From contig NZ_JAPFEA010000153.1 of assembly GCF_026169115.1 (NCBI RefSeq), forward strand, positions 4,884-68,883: a stretch of 64,000 nt of DNA, read 5' to 3'. How positions within the stretch are numbered: the first letter of the stretch is position 1; each line of letters begins with the position of its first letter. The position numbers and the translations under genes are program-made. Below the pieces are notes generated by a model, which made no database searches, was not told where the DNA came from, and was given only the letters and a program-made list of their open reading frames with translations. Shown here one piece after another: positions 57,134 through 64,000 of this stretch. Source of the DNA: Intestinimonas sp. (lineage in GTDB: Bacteria > Bacillota > Clostridia > Oscillospirales > Oscillospiraceae).

Positions 57134-59377
57134 TCAGACGGCGGTGTGGAAGGTGCGCCGGATGACCTCCTCCTGCTGCTCCCGGGAGAGGCGGTTGAAA
57201 TTCACCGCATAGCCGGAGACCCGGATGGTGAGGCTGGGGTACTTCTCCGGGTGGTCCATGGCGTCGATCAGGGTCTCCCGATTGAGTACGTTGACATTGA
57301 GGTGGTGGGCCCCCTGGGAGAAATAGCCGTCCAGGATGGCGGTCAGGTTGTCCCTGCGCTGCTCCTCGTCCCTGCCCAGGGCGTTGGGTACGATGGAGAA
57401 GGTGTTGGACACGCCGTCCTGGCACACCGCCCGGTAGGGGATCTTGGCCACCGAGTTGAGGGAGGCCAGGGCGCCGTTCTTGTCCCGGCCGTGCATGGGA
57501 TTGGCGCCGGGGGCGAAGGGCTCGCCGGACTTCCGACCGTCGGGGGTGGCCCCGGTTTTCTTCCCGTACATCACGTTGGAGGTAATGGTGAGGGCGGACA
57601 GGGTGTGGATGGCGCCCCGGTAGAGGGGGTGCTTTTTCAGCTCAGCGGAGAAGTAGGACACCAGCTCCACCGCGATATCGTCCACCCGGTCATCGTCGTT
57701 GCCGTACTTGGGGAAGTCTCCCTCAATGGAAAAGTCCACGGCGATGCCATTTTCGTTCCGGATGGGCTTCACCTTGGCAAACTTGATGGCGGAGAGAGAG
57801 TCGGCAGCGATGGACAGTCCCGCCACGCCGAAGGCGGCCAGCCGTTCCACCAGGGTGTCATGGAGGGCCATCTGGCTGCTCTCGTAGGCGTATTTATCGT
57901 GCATATAGTGGATGATGTTGATGGTATCCACGTAGAGCTCGGCCACATAGGAGAGGACCTTCTTGTAGTTGCCCAGCACCTTGGGGTAGTCCAGTACCTC
58001 GTCCAGATCGTGCTCGATGCCGGGGACGATGACGCCGCCCTTCTTTTCGTCCACGCCGCCGTTGATGGCGTAGAGGAGGCTCTTGGCCAGGTTGGCCCGG
58101 GCCCCGAAAAGCTGCATCTGCTTGCCCACCGCCATGGCGGACACGCAGCAGGCGATGCAGTAGTCGTCGCCGTACATGGGCCGCATGAGCTCATCGCTCT
58201 CGTACTGAATGGAGTCGGTCTGGATGCTCATTTTGGAGCAATAGTCCTTGAAACCCTGGGGGAGGTGCCGGCTCCACAGGACGGTGAGGTTGGGTTCGGG
58301 GGCGGTGCCCAGGTTGGTGAGGGTGTGGAGCATGCGGAAGGAGCTTTTGGTCACCAGGGGACGACCGTCTACCCCCATGCCGCCAATGGCCTCGGTGACC
58401 CAGGTGGGGTCGCCGCCGAAGAGCTCGTTGTACTCCGGGGTTCGGAGGTGGCGCACCAGGCGCAGCTTGATGACGAACTGGTCCATGAGCTCCTGCGCAC
58501 CCGCCTCGTCCAGCAGACCGCAGTCCAGGTCCCGCTGGAGATAGATGTCCAGGAAGGTGGACACCCGGCCCAGGGAGGTGGCGGCGCCGTTGTTTTCCTT
58601 GATGCCGGCCAGATAGGCCATATAGAGGTTCCGGACCGCCTCCCGGGCATTTTCGGCGGGTCTGGTGATGTCGCAGCCGTAGCGGGCGGCCATGGAAGCC
58701 ATCTCTTTCAAGGCACGGATCTGCATCTGGACCTCCTCCCGCAGCCGGATGCGCTCGTCGGTCATGGGACCATCCAGCATGTCCAGGTCCTTTTGCTTCT
58801 CCTCAATAAGAAAGTCGGTGCCGTAGAGGGGCACCCTGCGGTAGTCGCCCACAATGCGGCCCCGGCCATAGGCGTCGGGCAGGCCGGTGAGCAGACCGGC
58901 ATGGCGGGCCAGGCGGGTGCGCTCCGGATAGGCGTCAAAGACGCCCTCGTTGTGGGTCTTCCGGTAGAGTCGGAAGTGCCGCTCGATCTCCGGGTTGAGC
59001 CGATAGCCATACTGCTCCAGGGCGGAGGTGGCGTTCCGAATGCCGCCGAAGGGGTTGACGATGCGCTTGAGGGGGGCGTCGGTCTGGAGCCCCACAATGA
59101 CCTCATTTTCTCTGTCGATATAGCCGGGGGCGAAATTGTCGATACCGGAGACCACATCAGTCTCCACGTCAATGATCCCCTTCTTGATCTCCTCCAGGAT
59201 CAGAGCCTCGGCCTTCTCCCACACCTTGGCGGTCCTGGGGGAGATGGGGGCCAGAAACTCGTCTCCACCCTCGTAGGGGGTATAGTTCTTCTGGATAAAA
59301 TTGCGCACGTTGACCAGGTGGCGCCACTCGCCGGTACGGAAACCCTTCCAGGCAGTACAGTTGACGTCGATGCTCAC
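57134..59377 (-). CDS. pflB: Pyruvate formate-lyase
   Basis: [23 protein letters not shown] catalytic cysteines and TIRVSGYAV glycyl-radical motif. Start is GTG 59377 or ATG 59386. Confidence 0.96.
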   Translation of the reverse strand: MSIDVNCTAWKGFRTGEWRHLVNVRNFIQKNYTPYEGGDEFLAPISPRTAKVWEKAEALILEEIKKGIIDVETDVVSGIDNFAPGYIDRENEVIVGLQTDAPLKRIVNPFGGIRNATSALEQYGYRLNPEIERHFRLYRKTHNEGVFDAYPERTRLARHAGLLTGLPDAYGRGRIVGDYRRVPLYGTDFLIEEKQKDLDMLDGPMTDERIRLREEVQMQIRALKEMASMAARYGCDITRPAENAREAVRNLYMAYLAGIKENNGAATSLGRVSTFLDIYLQRDLDCGLLDEAGAQELMDQFVIKLRLVRHLRTPEYNELFGGDPTWVTEAIGGMGVDGRPLVTKSSFRMLHTLTNLGTAPEPNLTVLWSRHLPQGFKDYCSKMSIQTDSIQYESDELMRPMYGDDYCIACCVSAMAVGKQMQLFGARANLAKSLLYAINGGVDEKKGGVIVPGIEHDLDEVLDYPKVLGNYKKVLSYVAELYVDTINIIHYMHDKYAYESSQMALHDTLVERLAAFGVAGLSIAADSLSAIKFAKVKPIRNENGIAVDFSIEGDFPKYGNDDDRVDDIAVELVSYFSAELKKHPLYRGAIHTLSALTITSNVMYGKKTGATPDGRKSGEPFAPGANPMHGRDKNGALASLNSVAKIPYRAVCQDGVSNTFSIVPNALGRDEEQRRDNLTAILDGYFSQGAHHLNVNVLNRETLIDAMDHPEKYPSLTIRVSGYAVNFNRLSREQQEEVIRRTFHTAV

Positions 59378-59393
59378 AGCACTCATTCCTTTC

Positions 59394-60116
59394 TCACTTG
59401 TCAGTCTTCCGGTAGCAGTGTTCGTTGAGTCGCCGCTCCCAGGATTCCAGTTTTGCCTTGTCCATGGGGGAGACGCCGGCCAGTGGATAGGGGAGACCCA
59501 GGGTCTCATATTTGTGGACCCCCATGGTGTGGTAGGGAAGGAGTTCTACCTTCTCCACATTGGGTAGGGTGGAGATATAGTCTCCCAGCGCGGTCAGGTG
59601 GGGCTCGTCATCCGTGAGACCGGGGACCACCACATGGCGCACCCACATGGGGACGCCTGCCGCCCGCACCGCCTCCACAAAAGCAAGGGTGCGGTCCATA
59701 TCCTGCCCGGTGATCTGGCGGTAGTCTTCCCGCCGGAAATGCTTCACGTCATAGAGGATCAGATCCGTATGCCGCAGGATGGCACCGTAGTCCCCCAGAC
59801 CGGCGCCGGCGGTGTCCAGGCAGGTGTGGACGCCGGCGGCGTGGAGGCGCTCCAGCATTTCAGCCAGAAACTCCGGCTGCAAAAGCGGCTCACCGCCGGA
59901 GAAGGTCACGCCGCCGCCCCGGGAAAAATAGGGCCGGAAGCGCAGCAGCCTGGCGGTGAGGTCCTCCGCTGTGACCTCTGTACCGCCGCCGGTCCAGGTG
60001 TCCGGGTTGTGGCAGTAGAGGCACCGCAGGGGACAGCCCTGGAGAAAGACCACCGCCCGCACGCCGGGGCCGTCCACCAGCCCCATGGATTCCACAGAGT
60101 GAATGTGCCCGATCAA
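59394..60116 (-). CDS. pflA: Pyruvate formate-lyase activating enzyme
   Basis: [19 protein letters not shown] radical-SAM motif, [10 protein letters not shown] and LLPYH. TTG start after AAAGGAG. Confidence 0.95.
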   Translation of the reverse strand: MIGHIHSVESMGLVDGPGVRAVVFLQGCPLRCLYCHNPDTWTGGGTEVTAEDLTARLLRFRPYFSRGGGVTFSGGEPLLQPEFLAEMLERLHAAGVHTCLDTAGAGLGDYGAILRHTDLILYDVKHFRREDYRQITGQDMDRTLAFVEAVRAAGVPMWVRHVVVPGLTDDEPHLTALGDYISTLPNVEKVELLPYHTMGVHKYETLGLPYPLAGVSPMDKAKLESWERRLNEHCYRKTDK

Positions 60117-60144
60117 AAGCTGCTCCTTTCCGCCCGGAACATAC

Positions 60145-60243
60145 AAAAAGACCGTCCGGGCACCTTAAAGTGTGCCCAGACGGTCGGCAATTACAGCGAT
60201 CATACTTCATGTGGTACATCCACTTCCGTCAGTCATATGATCC
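60145..60243 (-). ncRNA. ZMP/ZTP (pfl) riboswitch with overlapping terminator
   Basis: Minus strand GGATCATATGACTGACGGAAGTGGATGTACCACATGAAGTATGATC-linker-GCCGACCGTCTGGGCA, with an ACGG/CCGT pseudoknot. Terminator GACCGTCTGGGCAC...GTGCCCGGACGGTC-T5. Confidence 0.92.
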
Positions 60244-60500
60244 GCTTTCACCATACATCAACTAACAGGGAAATGTCAACGGAAAGTGACGGCAGAAAAA
60301 TAGATTCTCTGTTTTGACAAAAAGTTGCCCTGCCTTCCGGCAGCACAGTTGTGCGGAACGCGGCAGGAAACAGAAGAAAATGACAACAGGCAGGGAAAAC
60401 CCTGTTGCCCTCTGTTGCGCCGAAGGAGTATAATGGCCCTTGAGCCACCCCTGCGGACAACTGCCGCGGAACCTGGTTGGCGGAAAGGACCGTTGAGACA

Positions 60501-61808
60501 ATGGAACATGATTATGACAGAGAGCTGCTGGACTTCATTCAGTCCAACCCCAGCCCCTATCATGTGATCGAAGCGCAGAGAAAGCGTCTGCTGGAGGCGG
60601 GCTATGAGCAGCTGCTGGAGAGCGAACACTGGACCATCCGGGCGGGCGGAAAATATTTCGTCACCCGGAATGGATCGGCTATCATTGCCTTCCGGGTGCC
60701 AAAACGGGAATTCAGGGGCTTTATGCTCATGGCCAGTCACAGCGATTCCCCTATGCTCAAAATCAAGGAAAACCCGGAGATCAACGTGGAGGGGACCTAT
60801 CAGAAGCTCAATGTGGAGGTATACGGCGGGGCGCTCCTGGCTCCTTGGCTTGACCGGCCCCTTTCGGTGGCGGGGCGGGTGTTGGTCAGAACGGAAACCG
60901 GTGTGGTTTCCCGACTGGTGAATGTGGACCGGGATCTGCTGCTCATCCCCAGCCTTGCCATTCATATGGATCGGGAGGCCAACAGCGGCCATGCCTACAA
61001 GGTCCAGCGGGATCTGCTGCCCCTCTACGGCATGGCGGGCGCGGAGCCTCTGCTGGAGACGGTGTCCGGGGCGTGCGGCGCAGATGCCGGGGACATTCTT
61101 GGCCACGACCTCTTTGTGTATGACCGCCAGGCCCCAAGTGTCTGGGGAGCAGGAGGGGCGTTCCTCTCCAGTCCCCGGCTGGATGACGTCCAGTGTGCCT
61201 TTGCCTCGCTGACCGGGTTCCTGGAGAGCCAGCCTGGTGAGAGCATCCCGGTCCATGTGGTCTTTGATAACGAGGAAATTGGCTCCTCTACCCGGCAGGG
61301 GGCGGCGTCCACCTTTCTGGAGGACACGCTGCGCAGACTCGCATCCGCGCTGGGGCTCACGGAAAGCGAGTACCTACAAAAGCTGCCCCAGAGCTTCATG
61401 CTCTCCGCTGACAACGCCCACGCGCTGCATCCCAACTATGCCGACAGGTGCGATCCCGTCAACCGCCCCAAAATGGGCGGAGGTGTGGTGCTCAAATTCA
61501 GTGGGAATCAGAAGTACACCACCGACGCGGTCTCCGCTGCGGTGGTCCGCATGCTGGCGGAGAAGGGAGGGGTGCGTCTCCAAACCTTTGTCAACCACTC
61601 GGATATCCCCGGCGGGACCACCCTGGGGAACATTTCTGTCCAGCATGTGGCCGTGAAGACTGCAGATGTGGGCATTGCCCAGCTGGCTATGCATTCGCCC
61701 TATGAGACCTGCGGCAGCGGAGACACGGCAGAGCTGGCGGCCTTGGCCCGGACCCTGTTCTCCGCTTCGCTGCTGGAGCGGGCAAATGAGGAATATACCG
61801 TTGTGTGA
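60501..61808 (+). CDS. M18 family (aspartyl) aminopeptidase
   Basis: ASHSDSP, SPRLDD, FDNEEIGS, SADNAHALHPNY and QLAMHS. Confidence 0.92.
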   Translation: MEHDYDRELLDFIQSNPSPYHVIEAQRKRLLEAGYEQLLESEHWTIRAGGKYFVTRNGSAIIAFRVPKREFRGFMLMASHSDSPMLKIKENPEINVEGTYQKLNVEVYGGALLAPWLDRPLSVAGRVLVRTETGVVSRLVNVDRDLLLIPSLAIHMDREANSGHAYKVQRDLLPLYGMAGAEPLLETVSGACGADAGDILGHDLFVYDRQAPSVWGAGGAFLSSPRLDDVQCAFASLTGFLESQPGESIPVHVVFDNEEIGSSTRQGAASTFLEDTLRRLASALGLTESEYLQKLPQSFMLSADNAHALHPNYADRCDPVNRPKMGGGVVLKFSGNQKYTTDAVSAAVVRMLAEKGGVRLQTFVNHSDIPGGTTLGNISVQHVAVKTADVGIAQLAMHSPYETCGSGDTAELAALARTLFSASLLERANEEYTVV

Positions 61809-61935
61809 GGAGACTGGGTGAGGCATGGGGCGGCCTGTGATGCGCACAAAAAAAGAAAAGTTTTCCCAACCGCCTATTGCGGAGCACGGCCGAATTATGG
61901 TAGGATAAAAGAAATCAACTATGGGAGGTACTGCA

Positions 61936-63225
61936 ATGAAGCAGGACATGATCCTGGTACTGGATCTGGGCAGCGAGGAGAACCCCCGCCTGGCCAGAGA
62001 GATCCGGGCCCTGGGTGTATACAGCGAGATCCACCCCCACGACATCACTCTGGAGGAGCTCAAGGCGCTCCCCAATGTAAAGGGTATCATCCTCAATGGC
62101 GGCCCCAACCGAGTGGTGGATGGCGTGGAGATCGATGTCTCCAAGGACATCTACAATTATGACGTGCCTGTACTCCTGGCCGACCACAAGGGGGACAAGC
62201 CCTGGCCCGCCGATCCCGCTGAGCGGAAAGAGACTCTTTCCAACTTTGTCTTTGGCCTTTGCGGCGCACAGGCCAACTGGAACATGGACAACTTCATCGC
62301 CGATCAGGTGGAGCTCATCCGGGAGCAGGTGGGGGACAAGAAGGTCCTCCTGGCCCTCTCCGGTGGTGTGGACTCCTCTGTGGTAGCCGCCCTCCTTATC
62401 AAGGCCATCGGCAAACAGCTCACCTGCGTTCATGTCAACCACGGTCTTCTCCGCAAGGGCGAGCCCGAGCAGGTGGTGGAGGTCTTCCGGCACCAGATGG
62501 ATGCCAATCTCGTCTATGTGGACGCCGTGGATCGCTTCCTGGATAAGCTGGCCGGCGTGGCTGACCCGGAGCAGAAGCGGAAGATCATCGGCGCCGAGTT
62601 CATCCGCGTCTTTGAGGAAGAGGCCCGGAAGCTGGATGGGATCAAGTTCCTGGGTCAGGGGACCATCTATCCTGACATCATCGAATCGGGCACCAAGACC
62701 GTGAAGGCGGTCAAGTCCCACCACAATGTGGGCGGTCTGCCGGAGGATCTGGACTTCCAGTTGGTGGAGCCCCTGAAGATGCTCTTCAAGGACGAGGTCC
62801 GCGCCTGCGGCAAGGCCCTTGGTCTGCCCGACTCCATGGTCTACCGTCAGCCCTTCCCCGGCCCTGGTCTGGGCGTGCGCTGCCTGGGCGCCATCACCCG
62901 GGACCGCCTGGAGGCCGTTCGGGAGTCTGACGCTATCCTGCGGGAGGAGTTTGCCAAAAACGGACTGGAGGGTAAGGTCTGGCAGTATTTCACCGCCATT
63001 CCCGATATCAAATCCGTGGGTGTCCGTGATAACAAGCGTGCCGATGAGTGGTGCGTCATCATCCGTGCGGTCAACACTGTGGACGCCATGACCGCCACCG
63101 TAGAGAACGTGCCTTTTGATCTGCTGCAGCATATCACCGCCCGTATCACCAGCGAGGTGAAGGGCGTCAATCGTGTGCTGTTCGACTTGACTCCGAAGCC
63201 GACTGGCACAATAGAGTGGGAATAA
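61936..63225 (+). CDS. guaA: GMP synthase with an internally deleted glutaminase domain (429 aa)
   Basis: ALSGGVDSSV PP-loop, QGTIYPDIIES, KSHHNVGGLP, QPFPGPGL and KPTGTIEWE. The N-domain lacks the GxCxG and FHPE motifs. Confidence 0.93.
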   Translation: MKQDMILVLDLGSEENPRLAREIRALGVYSEIHPHDITLEELKALPNVKGIILNGGPNRVVDGVEIDVSKDIYNYDVPVLLADHKGDKPWPADPAERKETLSNFVFGLCGAQANWNMDNFIADQVELIREQVGDKKVLLALSGGVDSSVVAALLIKAIGKQLTCVHVNHGLLRKGEPEQVVEVFRHQMDANLVYVDAVDRFLDKLAGVADPEQKRKIIGAEFIRVFEEEARKLDGIKFLGQGTIYPDIIESGTKTVKAVKSHHNVGGLPEDLDFQLVEPLKMLFKDEVRACGKALGLPDSMVYRQPFPGPGLGVRCLGAITRDRLEAVRESDAILREEFAKNGLEGKVWQYFTAIPDIKSVGVRDNKRADEWCVIIRAVNTVDAMTATVENVPFDLLQHITARITSEVKGVNRVLFDLTPKPTGTIEWE

Positions 63226-63309
63226 TGTTCAAAGACCCCGAATGACTGGGTTTTCTAAGATTTGATGCCCTCCGTAGCAACGATTTGGCAACATTTCTTC
63301 ATGATTTAT

Positions 63310-63355
63310 AAAAAGAGAGCTAACTGATTTTGATTAGTCAGTTAGCTCTCTTTTT
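63310..63355. terminator. Bidirectional terminator
   Basis: AAAAGAGAGCTAACTGA...TCAGTTAGCTCTCTTTTT. Confidence 0.8.
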
Positions 63356-63413
63356 CTTTTTGTTATTATTCTGTGCAACAAGAGGCCACTCTCATGGCCT
63401 ACAAGTGAGAGGG

Positions 63414-63902
63414 TCAAACGAGATCCTGGGGCGGCACCTTCACATAGTTCTGAGCCTTGTCAAACTCCGGGTAGTGGTAGCGCCACTTATCGTAGTCCTC
63501 CTTAGAGATTTCGCCCGCCTCCAACAGGGCAACGGCCTGCTGCCAAGAGCAGAGCATCTCGTGCAGCCGGGCAGCGTCCTTGTTTTTACGAACATCGACC
63601 TTCAGACAGACTTCGCCATCCATTTCGCAGATCTTGAGTCCATAGTTATCCTCCAAGGTAAACAGCGTGTGCATCAGCCCTACATAGGAGTCTATGTCCG
63701 GGACAGAAAGCGCATGGGGTGAGACATCCAGTACCTCAGCCAGGGCAGCGGTCAGGTCTGCCTTTGGGGTTCTTGATCCTGTTTCGTACTGTGCAAGGCG
63801 CACATCAGCAGACTTTTCCGGGAAGCCCAGCGCCATACCGAGATATTTCTGTGTCATCCCCCGCAGGAGACGGAAAAAGTGAATTCGTTCACCAATCGCG
63901 AT
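63414..63902 (-). CDS. XRE-family HTH regulator of mobile-element type; start position reads ATC
   Basis: (I)AIGERIHFFRLLRGMTQKYLG...VRLAQYETGSRTPK...LAEVLDVS. The GGAG RBS is 8 nt before ATC at 63902. The first in-frame ATG (63857) lies inside the HTH. Confidence 0.8.
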   Translation of the reverse strand: MAIGERIHFFRLLRGMTQKYLGMALGFPEKSADVRLAQYETGSRTPKADLTAALAEVLDVSPHALSVPDIDSYVGLMHTLFTLEDNYGLKICEMDGEVCLKVDVRKNKDAARLHEMLCSWQQAVALLEAGEISKEDYDKWRYHYPEFDKAQNYVKVPPQDLV

Positions 63903-64000
63903 ATCATCAACTCCAATCGTTGGTTGTCTTTATAAAAAGCGTAGCAGAAATGCTTAGGAAAGTCAAGAGAATACTAAATAATTTTATTTAATTTATTTTG

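Larger units (their letters stand above)
63180..64000. mobile_element. Probable end of an integrative element / genomic island at the guaA 3' end
   Basis: Sharp drop in GC after guaA, GAGTGGGAATAA end, paired GTAGCAAC/TTGGCAAC repeats (63274-63292) and an element-type XRE gene. No integrase within the window. Confidence 0.6.

Noticed and set aside
61809-61935. Purine riboswitch upstream of guaA
   Set aside because: The conserved TATAAT...GTTTCTACC...CCGTAAA...GACTA pattern is not present.
1-64000. CRISPR arrays, tRNA/rRNA genes, transposases, reverse transcriptases or defence operons
   Set aside because: No regularly spaced repeats, cloverleaf signatures or corresponding protein motifs were seen by eye.

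Overview
GC-rich Bacillota chromosome segment. Gene content and style suggest a spore-forming gut Oscillospiraceae-like clostridium (inference). It is mostly core genome: a T-box-led aspS2-gatCAB operon, split transketolase, argC-argJ-argD, ireB, T-box-led pheST, nnr-lipoprotein-alr-mazF, SOS-boxed dinB, an FMN riboswitch with ribU, a Clp ATPase, ecfA1A2T-truA, uppP-ftsK, ypeB, an ECF sigma/anti-sigma pair, gltX, ZMP/ZTP riboswitch-pflA-pflB, an M18 aminopeptidase and guaA. The end of a probable guaA-integrated element lies at the far right. No rRNA, tRNA or CRISPR array was seen. The most unusual observations are: (1) a GuaA whose glutaminase catalytic core is deleted; (2) a frameshifted polysaccharide-deacetylase lipoprotein gene between the Phe T-box and pheS; (3) a divergent esterase / HxxxDG acyltransferase / Zn-ribbon membrane protein module; (4) a BlaI + M56-M23 fusion system with three variant operators; (5) a loop-E-containing structured RNA upstream of transketolase; (6) a PheT with a duplicated OB-like segment; (7) an orphan MazF. 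All family calls come from motif recognition by eye; no searches were run.
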